This document shows positions 50,440 to 63,685 of a DNA stretch of 64,000 nucleotides, in pieces; within the stretch, counting starts at the first letter, position 1; each line of letters opens with the position of its first letter. This DNA comes from Podarcis bocagei (lineage: Eukaryota), in NCBI GenBank assembly GCA_964188305.1, contig OZ076888.1; one strand, 5' to 3'. A program made the position numbers and the translations under genes. The notes under the pieces were generated by a model. The model did no database searches, was not told the origin of the DNA, and was given only the letters and a program-made list of their open reading frames with translations.

Positions 50440-51730
50440 ATATGGAGTTCTTGTTTTTGTAGGGCATCCTCTCTCAAGTTGCAACATGAGGGTTTTTGGC
50501 TCACATAGGTTGTCTAGCCTCTGACAAAAGTTCCAGCTGTTTCCTGCCACCTTCACCACCAACTCTAATCTGAATCACACTCAACTCTGCCCATGGAGCT
50601 GAATGGACTGACCCAAATCAGGGGAGCTGTGTAGACCCTGGCCACATCTACACCATACATTTAAACCACATGGCTTCCCTCAAAGACTCGTGGGAACTGT
50701 AGTTTACCTCTCACAAAGCCACAATTCCTAGCACCTTTAAACTACAATTCCCAGGATTCTTTTGGGGGGGACATGTGCTTGAGGTGTGTTTTAAATGTGG
50801 ATATACCCATCATTACTTTGATATTATATTGTATCCATGCACAAAAAGTCCCTCTAAAGTGCCAAAGCACCCCAAAAATGTCCAATCCCTTTTGGACTCT
50901 TCACTGCCTCCAATACCATTCTGACTCTACAGCCCCAATTCCCCAGTGAATGGGTTTTATTGACTGTGCCCAAGAGGTGTTCCTGCTTGAGAATGTGTAG
51001 AAGGAGCAGTACTACACCTCCCAAGCCTTCAGACACAGAATATATCCAAATATGCATCATCAAAAGGGCAAAGGGGAGAGAGACAGCCTAGTTAATTGTT
51101 AATTATTCTTTTTTATTATTACTATTATCCAAGACCTTTAAAAATTATGATTTAGTCTCCATAGTAATTAGGTTAAAATCCCTTTTGTATTTCCGTCTCA
51201 TTTTCTTCTTAACAATCGACTAAACAGCAGAGTGTTCTCTAGAAAGCACAAATCTCTTTATTAGCATGAGGACAAGCTGCCTTGTACAACACTAATGAAT
51301 CTTTCATTGGCGCATTCTGAATTCATTGCGGTTACAAGTGAAATGGCAAGAAGAATTCATTTGTCTTCTCCCCCCCCACCCCCCGCACCTCAATGAATCT
51401 TTGCTCACAGCCAGCTCTCAACTGGGAGACTGCATGGCACTGGTTCCTTTTAGCCACACCAAAGGATCTAGATTTCTCTGAAGGATCATTCTTTCAGCAC
51501 TGGGGAAATCAAAGCCAAATAGAACATAGAAAACTACCTTAGACTGATTCATACTGTTCATACATCTAGCTCAATTGTCAAGGCGGGAGTTGGGAGCAAG
51601 TGACAAGTTGTCATTGAAATTAAAGAAACAAAACAGCTCAGGTCTGGTGATCACAGCAACTCTTTCCAGTAGATTATTTGATTGTTTGATTATTTGATTG
51701 TTGTTAGCCGCCCTGAGCCCGGCTTCGGCT

Positions 51731-51868
51731 NNNNNNNNNNNNNNNNNNNNNNNNNNNNNNNNNNNNNNNNNNNNNNNNNNNNNNNNNNNNNNNNNNNNNN
51801 NNNNNNNNNNNNNNNNNNNNNNNNNNNNNNNNNNNNNNNNNNNNNNNNNNNNNNNNNNNNNNNNNNNN
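51731..51868. other. Assembly gap (138 N)
   Basis: N run. The left flank is the start of an L2-type 3' stem-loop and the right flank is an LTR. Confidence 1.
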
Positions 51869-52304
51869 GCAGTTGTGAGGACTCTAAGGTCCACTAAGGC
51901 TCCTCTTGCCCATGGTCCTTCCCCAGCAAACTGAGGCTCCTTCATCTCCCTTTGCTCCACCCTCTTTATTCCAGGGTGGAAGGGAGCTGATCACAGTAGG
52001 AGGGGAAAACTCCCTGGCTTCTTCAGCAGCCTGCCTCCACTCTGCCTCTTGGCCCTGCTCCTCACCAGCCTCCACTTCTGCCTCCGGGCTGCTCTCTGTC
52101 ACAGCCTCTTCCTGCTCACTAAACCCTGTTACCTCTTCAGGTTCCAGCGCTCCCTCCTCCCCTTCTGCTCCCTCCTCTCCCTCTGACCACTCATTGTCGC
52201 CCCACCACCAATTCCCTGGCTTTGAGCCTTCTTACCCTGAGGGGTCCCTTGGGGTTTCCCCAGCCAGTGCTTCTCACACTCCTCTGCATCCCCAGTCCAT
52301 GACA
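51869..52304 (-). mobile_element. LTR fragment (Gypsy-like) cut by the gap
   Basis: The minus strand starts TGTCATGGACTGGG, versus TGTCAGGGACTGGG for the 20059 LTR. Confidence 0.55.
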
Positions 52305-53611
52305 CCAGTCTTTTCTACTTTGACTGACAACGACTTTCCTGCATTTACTGATGTGATGTGGTTCTGGGCATCACCTAGTCTATAGAATCTGATGTGTTGG
52401 AAAAGATACAGCTCCCAAATATCTAGGTTAGATACTGCCTACTGGCAAGTCTATACTTACAGAATCTGATTGCCAACTGAGACAAATACAAAGGGAGAAC
52501 AAAAATGCCTAATGGCTTGAATGCTTACCACGCCTAATTGTTGGCAGACTGGGAATGGCAGTGATTACTGTCAATGCCATTGTCTTTTATAGCAATTAGA
52601 TTGTGAACCATTGCCTTCAGCTTTTGTGGAATGCCTTTGCTTCACTTCCAGTCATATCCTGCAAGAGAATTAATACTACCGTCACTCTGCTCCCCATTAA
52701 GAAGTAGTTATGGCTTCAGACAGTGGGCATGCTATGAATCTTGTTCAGATAGCAGAGCTACTTTATATCTCGGCAGACATTCGTGTTGTGTTTCGCATTA
52801 TAGTCGTTAGCTTTCCCTTTGCTTCAAGCCACCTATTCTTCAGATACAAAGCAAACAGTTTGCCATCTGCATGGCAAGTAGCTGCCTAGAACTGAAAACT
52901 GATTGCAACCAGTTGCCTGCAGCAGATCAACTGAAAACGTAACTAGGTTTTGTCACTAGTGATTTGGTTGGCTATTAATACATATAATGCTGCAAGCACT
53001 GGAGACACAGCTAGCAGTTCATCACTGGGTCACAACTGGGTTCAGACACAGAAAGCAATTGAACTTTCACCCTCTCTGAAATATTTTTTTTTCTTCTTCA
53101 TGAAATGATATGTTTGTGACTGAACAAGAAAAGAAGCATTGTCTGCATGGTTTATGCACTTTCCCAATGCTGTTTCCAGCTAGAGAGAAAGGAAAAAATG
53201 ATATGTGTGGAACATTAATCCCTAATCCTAATTGGAACAGGGAGAGAACTTCCATTGAGATGACCACAACTAGAAAAGGGACATTAGTGGAACTGACCGT
53301 GATTGCACAACATCTGATCTGCAAATCTGAACAGAGACTGACACAAACTTAATAAACTCATTGCTTTGGATGCCAACCTTGGATTGCAAAACAGGGCTTG
53401 CCAATCATCTGGTGACCAGGTTGTGCAGATCTGGAAGATGCTATATGTTAGGGTTAAGACATTATTTTACCTAGGTTAGATTATTAGTTTGCCCCATGTA
53501 ACAATTGCCAAAGTTCTGTCTTATGAAAGCTAGCCAGAATCCTGCATTGAAAACATTACACCCATGCATGAATATCCTGTAGGATCAGAATCAAGGCTGA
53601 GTGGGTGAACA

Positions 53612-53790
53612 AAGAAAGCTGCTTATACCAAGTTATTGGTCCATCTAGCTCAGAACCATTTACACTGACAGGTATTGTGGTTCTATGGGCTTGCAAGCAG
53701 TGGACATTTCCAGCACTACCTTAAGACTCAGGGATTGAGCCTGAGACCTTCTGCATACAGAGCATGAGTTCCATCATTAAGCCATGGCCC
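53612..53790 (-). mobile_element. Old tRNA-derived SINE with CR1-type tail
   Basis: gggattgagcctgagaccttctgcat (B-box, reverse complement) and ggtccatctagctcag tail. A relative lies at ~59625-59770. Confidence 0.55.
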
Positions 53791-54125
53791 ATCCCAGATG
53801 GGCTTCAAGCCCATGATCCCAGGTTTAGGAAGCCAGTGCCTTATGCATTCAAGGGAGGGAGAAATTTAAAATACTCCATTTCATTGCACATGGGAAAGAA
53901 TATTGTCTGGACCATTTGAATTAGACGTGCAACTAAAATGGTTTACTGGTACACCAAAAAAAGAAGCATGTTTTGTATCATACATCATATTGTTTAGTAT
54001 GTCACATTGGTAAAATCACTCAAATCTCAGGATTGGCTTTATTGCTAATATATTGTTTGAAAAAGTCCAGAGCGTGGGCTTGCCCAAACACCAACAACAA
54101 ATTAGGTTTCTATATAGAAAAATGA

Positions 54126-55133
54126 TCACCTCATCTGTCTCCTGAGAAGTCTCTATGTGGGACACGAAGCTACAGTTAGAACTAGATATGGAACAATTGA
54201 TTGGTTCAAAATTAGGAAAGGAGTACGACAAGGTTGTATATTGTCTCCCTGCTTATTTAACTTATATACAGAATTCATCATGCAAAAGGCTGGACTAGAT
54301 GAATCACAAGCCGGAATTAAGATTGCCGGAAGAAATATCAACAACCTCAGATATGCAGATGACACAACTTTGATGGCAGAAAGTGAGGAGCAATTAAAGA
54401 ACCTCTTAATGAGGGTGAAAGAGGAGAGCATAAAATATGGTCTGAAGCTCAACATCAAAAAAACAAAGATCATGGCCACTGGTCCCATCACCTCCTGGCA
54501 AATAGAAGGGGAAGAAACGGAGGCAGTGAGAGATTTTACTTTCTTGGGCTCCATGATCACTGCAGATGGTGACAGCAACCACAAAATTAAAAGATGCCTG
54601 CTTCTTGTGAGAAAAGCGATGACGAACCTAGACAACATCTTAAAAAGCAGAGACATCACCTTGCCAACAAAGGTCCGTATAGGAAAAGCTATGGTTTTCC
54701 CAGTAGTGATGTATGGAAGTGAGAGCTGGACCATAAAGAAGGCTGATCGCTGAAGAATTGATGCTTTTGAATTATGGTGCTGGAGGAGACTCTTGAGAGT
54801 CCCATGGACTGCAAGAAGATCAAACGTATCCATTCTGAAGAAAATCAGCCCTGAGTGCTCACTGGAAGGACAGATCGTGAAGCTGAGGCTCCAATACTTT
54901 GGCCAGCTCATGAGAAGAGAAGACTCCCTGGAAAAGACCCTGCTGTTGCGAAATATTGAGGGCACAAGGAGAAGGGGACGACAGAGGACGAGATGGTTGG
55001 ACAGTGTTCTCAAAGCTACCAACATGAGTTTGACCAAGCTACGGGAGGCAGTGGAAGACAGGTGTGCCTGGCGTGCTCTGGTCCATGGGGTCATGAAGAG
55101 TTGGACATGACTAAATGACTAAACAACAACAAC
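54126..55133 (+). mobile_element. RTE-BovB LINE, 5'-truncated
   Basis: GVRQGCILSPCLFNLY, NINNLRYADD and a (CAA)n tail. One premature stop at 54751-54753. 12-bp TSD ATAGAAAAATGA at 54114-54125 and 55134-55145. Confidence 0.92.
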
Positions 55134-58100
55134 ATAGAAAAATGAGACTGCTGCAGCCTCAATACAAAAAGCTGATATTCCATATTAATAAATAGTTCAG
55201 GTTTTGTGACCTGTTGTCCCACGTATCTATCTGTGTGCATGTGCTGCAGTTGAAAGAACAGACTGGAATCAGCTGTGACATCTTCCTGCTGTGCAAAGCT
55301 TCCTGCTGTGCAAAGCCGCCTGTTTAAAAACAAGTGCTGGGAATGCTAAGAGCCAACCTTCCCCTTCTCAATTAGAACGATTAACGTTCTGCATTGCTGT
55401 TGATTCCAATCACAAGGAGAAAACAGAGAACAACTTGTTATCTCTCAAGTCTCTACTCTCACCCCAGAACACATGCCTCATCTGTATTGATTCTCTCTTT
55501 AGCACATTAATTGTGATTCTCTGTTTTCATGTCCTACTAAAATTAAACCCTTTCAGTGAGAAATTGAATGTACTTTTGGTATGTTCAGATCTTTATTAGA
55601 TCTTTAATTCATCCATAAAGAAAAGGTCAGGTTCCATTCTTTCCAGCATTTGGGGGATAGGCAGTTTCAGATAAAATGAAAAAAGTAAGTAGTTAATAAA
55701 TAATAAGGAGAACAAGATAGTCATTGAGAATAATTTAAATCCATGAACTGAGCTGCCCAATTTTTGTAGGATACCACTGCATTAAAACAGGATCACAAGG
55801 GACATGGCTTACAACCAGAAAGCTGCTGTGAGATCTGGAGCTGAGCAGTTTTCTGTCAATTACATCTGCTGCACCATTAAACCCCCTGCTTGCCTTTTCA
55901 GAGGACAGGGATTTCACCACATTGATTTCCATTTTTGCAGCTTCCTGGTTTAAGAGACATGGATTACTGGAGTGGGGGGTGGGCATCACCACTTACCACC
56001 ACCAGGGAGGCATCCATGACATGTGCCCCATGTTCCTGGAGCACAGTCTGAACCCTTCTGTATCTAGTGCTGCCTAAATTTCCCTTCCATCCAGCCCAAA
56101 CCTTACCCAGCCTGAGTCCCGTCTTGCTTTGCAGAAGAGGATGCTTGGAGCCCAAAAAATGTTGTGATGGCCAGGCCTGACATTTTGTCAGATGGATTTT
56201 TGAAAAATCCCATCCAACGTTCTTTTTTTGTCATGGTTCACTATTCAGGAACCCAATGTGTTATCATACTACTCTCAGCAGTTTGACTCAACTGAATGCA
56301 GTGCAGCAGATCTGGATCAAAGCCTATGGATTTCAGCAGCCTTATTTGCATGAGTAAAATGAGCAAGACCAGCCTTTTCTTTGCTTCTCCTTCATTTGCC
56401 CTATTTGTCCTGAGTCCAGGGAGCCATCTCTGACTGTTTGAATAAGGTTATTTGAAATCTTCTAGATTTCAGGGGCATAGCATCACCTCTTAAAACCTTT
56501 TCAAATTTACCCTTAGCTGATTTTGGTATCTATGGGCCACATGCGTAAGTTAGTCTAAAGGGGGGGGGGATTTTACTTGAATAAAATATTTAAATACAAT
56601 AAAATAGATGCAGGAAGGCTCATGATTAAATTAAATGTTTTTTTTTCAGACAGTAGACATGTCCATTCCAGCTATCCAAAGAAATGAGGGGAAATTAAAC
56701 AACTTTTGAATTACATATGAATTAGAATTTTTAACCCACCAATATTGCCCATTACATTTTTCTGCATATGAAATAAAATGTGATGTTTAAACAGCCAGCA
56801 GAGAGTACCTTTTTATAAAGGTTGCTATCAATCAAATACCAGGTTAGAAAGCCATTTCTCTCAGCTTTTCCTCCACCTTTTCCTTTCAAACTCCTTGCAA
56901 TCATTTAGTTTTAATAACTCTCTTCATAACCTTCAACTTATTTCATATGAAATGGGAAACCTGGCAAAATATCCTAAACAAATTAAATGCAACCTATTCT
57001 TTGACATGCAAAATGGATTTTAGATTTGCCCTGGTGAGGTCTTATGTTTCATTATTATTAAAAATGTCAGCAATATTTTGCCTGCTGGGAGCGTAGCTTT
57101 TCCTCTTCTTTTTTCCAATCTTACTCCAAGCCCTTTATTACATATTTTACCATTCACATCAGCATAGACTAATAGCTATTTTGTTTTCATTTTTAACCAA
57201 TTTTGAAGCCCCTGCTATCACTTGCTTAAATGTTTTTGCTCAAGTTAAATTTCAGCCTGGTGTAAAAGAATTAAATGAGACATTATATTAAAAAGTATAT
57301 GATTGCAATCCGTAAGCCAGGTAAACTGAAATACTTAGTTTTTAGGTTATGGGATTAAATAAACTGAAATCTTAGTATTCCAGTTTAACTAATGCTTCAG
57401 CCAGGGTGTAATGTTCTATTGCGTGAACTGGGTTAACTGGAAAAGTGAAAAGAAAGCCCATAGGCAAATATTTCCTTCTATGGGCCTGGAGCATATTTTG
57501 TTTTGTTCCCAGAAGACCTCTAGAGATGTTCCCAGAACCATAAATTACCTTCTTTTCTTTTCATTTTTAGGAAAGAAAATTGCTTTCCAAAATACTATGG
57601 CTAGATGAATCATGGTATTTCTGGTGCATGTGTTCCCTCTTTTTCATCTGGTTCCATCTGTGTTTGTTTTTGATAATGAGGTTCTTAAGTTGCCCCATTG
57701 GGGGGAAAGTGGTGACCAGACAGGACTCAGGAGGCTAAAATCTGATTGGAAAAATTTATTTTAATCATATCAGCAGACCAGTGAATGCATTTCATTTTAT
57801 GAAATACACAACCATAAAAATATCAAACAGAAATCAACAGCACATGATACATGAATAAATCTTGGAGAAAGGAGAAATAAAGAATATTGTATGCAAATAA
57901 TGATGACATTAAAAAGTAAATTGAATATGAATATGCAAGTTAACTATTAAGCTTAACTCTATGCAGAAGAGCAATACAGGATAGATAAGGATTGTGGTGT
58001 GCATGAGTACGCCACTTCCTGAGCTAGTGGTTGGAATGCACTGGATATGGAGTAAATGGGATTGTGTACATAGTCTTGGAGCTGCTAATAGGACCCTGGT

Positions 58101-58799
58101 ACATGATCTCAGCTTGTCTAAGCTTTGCCAAGCCTTCTGTTCTCATTTTCCAGCACAGGGGACATGCAAACAGAGACATTTCTGACATTAAAGTAGACAT
58201 TCAGGCCTGCATAAACCATGAGACAGAGTCCTCTTGACCAAAGTCTGCTTATATTCCATTACACAGCTTCTAGGCATGATCACCAGCACCATGCATGCAG
58301 AATCACCCCTCAAAATGACCTCCCAGTTTGTAATATTCACTTTGAAATATGTGCTTTAAACACATTTTCCCCCTAAAAATATACATTTAAAAACACATTT
58401 TGATATTTTTGACGTTTTGAGCCAAGAAGTGCACTGAAATATTCAGAAAGTGCAAAAGCCATTACATAGTTTATCCTCAATTCACGCATCAATACAGGTG
58501 ATGTGTATAGGCCGATTTGCAGTAGAATGGGCAGATAACAAATTTCTCAATTAATCCTATAAAAAACAAACAGATGAGGAATCAAAATCGAAAATTATTT
58601 TGTGCATTAATCAATTAAACTTTTCTCCTGTCCTTCCTCATAAAAGACACCAGGGTGTCAAAACACAACAGTGCTGAAACAACACAATTTTTTTAAGCAT
58701 AAAGGCATGTTTAAAGAACTTAAAAACAATGTTAAAGTTCTCAAACATTTTTAAAAGGTTAAAAACATCTAAAGACATACACTCTCTGTTAATAATGTC

Positions 58800-59290
58800 A
58801 AGGTTGCTAGGAGCTGTATCTTTCAGCCATCAAATGGCTGGGTACCCAGAAATGTTTTAAATTCCTCCTGAAAGTCGATAATGAGGGAGATAGATGCCCT
58901 GCACCAGGAAGGCCATTCCACAAATGAAGAACCACCACTGAGCAAGCCATGAAATGGTACAATGCCAACCAGGTAGCACCCAGTGGTGGCACCACCAACA
59001 AGACCTCACCTGCCAATAGCTCGCCTCACCTGCCAAGATGATTGACATTGGGGAAGGTCCCAAGCTGTTTAGGGCTTTGTACATTAGTACACCTGGATGT
59101 AGGTCCAGTATCTCATTGGGAGCCAATGCAGTGCTTTTGAGGATCAGTGACACATCATCCTGCCAGGCTGCCCTACTTCCCAACCTAGCAGTTGCTTTTG
59201 CACCAGATGTAGCCTCTGGTCCATATTCAAGGGCAGCTCCACATGGAGTATAGTGTTGAAAATTTAGGAAAGCCACCACACACACAGGAC
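58800..59290 (-). mobile_element. Old L2 3' fragment
   Basis: Minus-strand translations LMYKALNSLGP and CSVVVLHLWNGLP...STFRRNLK resemble the L2 ORF2 C-terminus. Confidence 0.7.
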
Positions 59291-59427
59291 AAACCAGTGA
59301 AGATGGCTGCTGATAAAATTGTGCAAGCATTTTTGTTCAGCGGTTACTGGCTTCCTCCTGCAAAATCCTCTGTGAGGACTAACCGAAACTGAGCTACTGC
59401 TGGAAAGTCTAGCAGTGTGCATGCATT

Positions 59428-59433
<6 letters not shown>

Positions 59434-59478
<45 letters not shown>
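59434..59478. repeat. (TC)n(CA)n compound microsatellite
   Basis: Direct observation. Confidence 0.95.
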
Positions 59479-61435
59479 TGGATATTGCATCCTTTGAAGA
59501 AATACCTGCTAGAGAGTTGCTATACGTAGCTGATCACAGAGTCCATGACACACAACTGCAGTGGAGATACACTGCAGCTGTGGACATAGTCACAATGCAC
59601 TGTAATTATTTTACAGCCTCAGCTGGGGATCAGGCAATTGGTCTATCTAGCTCAGTGTTGTCCAAACAGATTGGCAGAAGCTCACCGGGGTTTCAGACCA
59701 GAGTCTTTCACTACCTACCTGAAGATGCCAGAGATTGAATCTGTGACCTTTTGTATACAAAGCATGTGCAGGAAATAATTCATCCATTGATCACTGTAAT
59801 CAGTGTAAAGTTGTTGGAAGCCAGGTGACAGTTGGAAAAGACTTTAGAAAAATACAGTACTTTTATTCTTATAACAAAAAAGGAGGGGCCCTTCCCTTAA
59901 AAACCCAAGTGCTTTGTAAAAGAATAAGCTGCTCTTCTTCCCCTAAACCAATTCTACGTTATTTTGCTCCAACCTTGACTGTTTTTTTGAATTAACTATG
60001 TTTCCCTGAGAGATCCCTTTGATCTTCTTATGAAGTCTGTGATGCAGCAAGTTCACGTTCATGAACAACAAGCTGGGGAAATGATTTTCATCTTTGTTTA
60101 CTACCATATGTGTAAAAATAACAGCAAGCACTTTGTGCCACAAGGAAGAAGAGGTCGTGTTTGGACCATCCTTGAACTCTGAGAGCTGTCTGTTGTGATG
60201 AAAAAGAGAAATGTTGCTTCTGAAGGGCTGTAGTAGTGCCCTGGGCTGGGGAGATTTGCCTTCACTGAAAAGAGCCCAAAGAGTCTTAATTTGTGGCACC
60301 ATTTTTCACACCAAGGAATGGAATATTCACTTCCCATAGACTAACTTTCCCTAATCTGCTGCCCTCCAGACATTTTGGACTCTCCATCCCTGGCCATTGA
60401 TCATAGTCTCTGGGGAAACCCAGCCAGATGAGTGGGGTATAAATATATTATGATGGTGATGATGGTGATGATGAATTGATGGGAGATGTGTTCTGTTTCC
60501 TGAGTTGGCATCAGGTTTGGATTTGCAGGCTCTGACACAAGAGAAGGAAGAAATGTAGGTGACTGAATGGTGGAAACCTGGCTTGGAAGAAGGGTGTCTC
60601 TTTTTTGCACTCTGACTTCAGCAGCTTTGCAAGGAGGAGCGGGATGCTGGCCCCTCCCCCTGACCTTCCTGCAGAGTCAAGATCCTCCATAGAGGATGGG
60701 GAAGGCTTTGAGCAAATGAGCAGGGAAGCAGAACAGTTAGCAGCAGGGAATCATGAAGAGCCTGAACAGGAAGGTGCAGTTGTCACCTAGAACCACACTG
60801 TCTTCACAGATGGGTGCCGACCCACACACCCTGATGGAGTGTGCATTTGCAGTCCTGACATTCCTGCAAGGCAAGCAAGTCTCTCCAGTGAATGCCTCAC
60901 GCCTCCCCTTTCAAAATTTGGTGGAAGGCGGATGGAAAGTTGTTGGGACATCTTTGTCACTTCTGACCAGTTGAACTTCTTGCCCTGCTCCTGAACATGA
61001 ACATGACTTCTGAGCCCTGTGTTTGCTGCTGAGCCTCCTCTGCTTTGTGAGTTAGGGTGGGGGGAGAAGCCAATATAGTCTGGAACATCTGGAGGTTGAG
61101 GAGGATTGGGCTGGCACCCTTTGAGCTCCAAAACAGCTTCATACACTGTACTATTTTGTTTGCCAAATGGGCAAATTGGCATACAGTGATACAGGGATAC
61201 TTCAGTTCTAACATTCTGCATTGTGATGCCAATGATGTTTTTTTTATGGCTGAACTCATATTAAATGAAGCATTCAATGTTCATACAATTAAGGGGAAGG
61301 GGTGGCCACCAGTAATTATCATGTTTACCTCCAGAACCTTCTGTACCAGCACGTTCTTCACCAGCAGGTTTTGAATTTCTGCTGTAGGAGCTCTTGCTAC
61401 CTTGAGCAAAGAAGCTAGTTTGGGGGGAGGCACTA

Positions 61436-61465
<30 letters not shown>

Positions 61466-61470
<5 letters not shown>

Positions 61471-61707
61471 GGTTTTGGTATCTTCGGGTGTCTTCCCGTG
61501 TAAGAGTTGGGGTGTCTAGGCGACGTTTCGACGAGGTCTCACTCGTCATCTTCAGGCTGGTGCTTTCGGCTTCTAGCCGAAAGCACCAGCCTGAAGATGA
61601 CGAGTGAGACCTCGTCGAAACGTCGCCTAGACACCCCAACTCTTACACGGGAAGACACCCGAAGATACCAAAACCTGCATTCCTGTACCCGTGAAAATCT
61701 ACGAAAG

Positions 61708-61710
<3 letters not shown>
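61466..61710 (+). mobile_element. Penelope-like element terminus arranged as a perfect inverted repeat
   Basis: Arms 61466-61571 and 61575-61680 are exact reverse complements with loop TCT. The 3' extension cccgtgaaaatctacgaaagc resembles squamate Penelope ends. Confidence 0.75.
61589..61626 (+). ncRNA. Minimal hammerhead-ribozyme-like motif (mirror copy on the minus strand at 61520-61557)
   Basis: CTGAAGA-T-GACGAG-TGAGAC-CTCGTC-GAAA-CGTC. Core and stem II are intact, but adjacent stem I is only 2 bp. Confidence 0.55.
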
Positions 61711-61770
<60 letters not shown>

Positions 61771-62466
61771 TCAGACTTGATAATGAAGATAAACACAATC
61801 CCACGCCAAGTGAAAGAGCACCTGACGCTTCACACTGTCAATCAACACAGCAGAGTTTCTCACTACACTGGAGAAACATAGCAGGAGGGTGAAAGACTGC
61901 TGGGTACCAGCCTATTAAAAATGTTGTATAAAACTAGCTTCTCCTTGCAGTCTTACAATGCAGCTAAGTTGGCATACAACCAAGTGAGGAAAGGCAGCTT
62001 GCTTTGCCACCCAGCCTTACCAACATTTTTACATAATGCTCAAGCCAGTTTAAAAAGTATGAGACAACCCTCTTTCTCTGTGGTGTTTGTTTTTTTTTAA
62101 CAGAACTGTCAAGTATTTGTGGCCCTTAAATACCATAAGGACTGTTCTTTAGAGTTGGTGGGTACTGTCAACTTAATTCTCAGAGAGTGAAGAACTAGGG
62201 GTTCTGCACACTGCTCACTCCACTGGCCAACCCCACCAACACTCACCCCACATTAATCCCCCAGAGCTTCCCTTTCCCACCCCACTAACCCCACTTTTCA
62301 CATTCTCAACTATTTTTGAAGCCACTTCTCTCTTCTACTCTGCGGCCCCACTTTTGCGCCCACATCTGTGCCTCTTCTGCTGATGCTTTAGTGTAAATCT
62401 CCCCTCCTTGCATGCAGACTACCCCTATGGTAACCTGCTGAATCTTCCACCCACAAAATGCAAGTA

Positions 62467-62838
62467 ACGTATATGCTCGAGTATAAGCCGACCCAAATAT
62501 AAGCCAAGGCACCTATTTTACCACAAAAAACTGGGAAAACTTATTGACTCGAGTATAAGCCTAGGGTGGGAAATGCCAACAGTGGCAAAGGAGGAGGAGG
62601 AGGAAGGAGCAGCCCAAAAGGACTGCTTTCGGGCTGCTAGTTCCTCCTCCTCTGCCAACAACAGCCTCTGCCACTCGCAAGGGCAGGCACAGGAGGCGCG
62701 CTTGGCAGAGCAGCGGTGGCACAAGCGGCGGCAGCAAACAGTAAGTGGGACCCTCACTCCAGTATAAGCCGGGGGTGGGGGCTTTTTCAGCATTAAAAAT
62801 GTGCTGGGAAAAGTCGGCTTATACATGAGTATATACGG
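62467..62838. mobile_element. Tc1/mariner (Tc2-like) MITE with GC-rich interior
   Basis: TA-ACGTATATGCTCGAGTATAAGCCGAC ... GTCGGCTTATACATGAGTATATACGG-TA, with internal GTATAAGCC repeats. Confidence 0.8.
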
Positions 62839-63685
62839 TATTGTTTGTGTTTTGTAGCTTAACTGAAAACTCTGCTAAGAAACCATTCCACCCACTGTCT
62901 TTTCTTCTTCATTTTCTCCAAGCTACAATAAGCCCCTGCTGCCATTACAACTGGCTCCTCTTCAGTATAACCCCTTAAACAATCAAACAGACCTGTTTAT
63001 GTAGCATTCATCCTGGTAAGTTTGCACAAAGTTGTAGGAAGGTCATACAGCATCCACTGTTTATTGAGTATTCATTCTGATTTGTTTGCAAAGCAGTTAT
63101 ACCATGTTGCATCAAACAATTGTGACTCCACATTTTCCAGTGCACTTTCGAGGCACTTTCCTTAATGTAAAAGGCCTAATTTGGGGGAGGGGGGCAGATT
63201 TGTTGCATATGAATGTCAGCTTCATGTGTGTGTATCTAATTACGAAGGATATAAATTTGCAAAAGATTACAATAGGATATTAAAGAGATTACAAAAGGTA
63301 CATAGAAAAACCAAGGTCACATTTATGCTGACAATAAAGCATGCAAACAAAACAGGGAATACAGAAAAAGAAAATGATCCTTCACACTGAGCCTTTTTAA
63401 ATTCAAAGCAAAATATTTGATCCCAAAATATTACATTGTAGACACTTCCAGTTTAATAAAGCTGGGTTCAACTGCTGAGTTCCATCAGCAGAAGTCCATG
63501 CAAGGACTTCTGCTAGCGCAATGGAGCTCCCCCCCCAAAAAAAAAAAAAGTACATAGGGGAAGGAGAAGGGAGATCATTCTGTCAGACAAGCAGAAGTGC
63601 CGGTGCTTATAGAATGATCTCCTTAGCGCTACACTGAATTCTTCCCAATATATTCCACTTTATTTTATTCTGTTCTTTCCCTCAC

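Larger units (their letters stand above)
61437..61766. repeat. (TA)n tract split by a palindromic insertion
   Basis: (TA)n at 61437-61467 and 61711-61766. Confidence 0.95.

Noticed and set aside
51571-51960. ORFs spanning the N run
   Set aside because: Assembly-gap artefacts.
54153-55094. 313-aa minus-strand ORF
   Set aside because: Antisense shadow of the BovB RT region.
61433-61881. Mirror ORFs MGCLGDVSTRSHS... on both strands
   Set aside because: Artefacts of the palindrome and the (TA)n tract.
63487-63514. Perfect 11-bp hairpin
   Set aside because: Probably an internal palindrome of a decayed MITE-like repeat, and too short to be informative.
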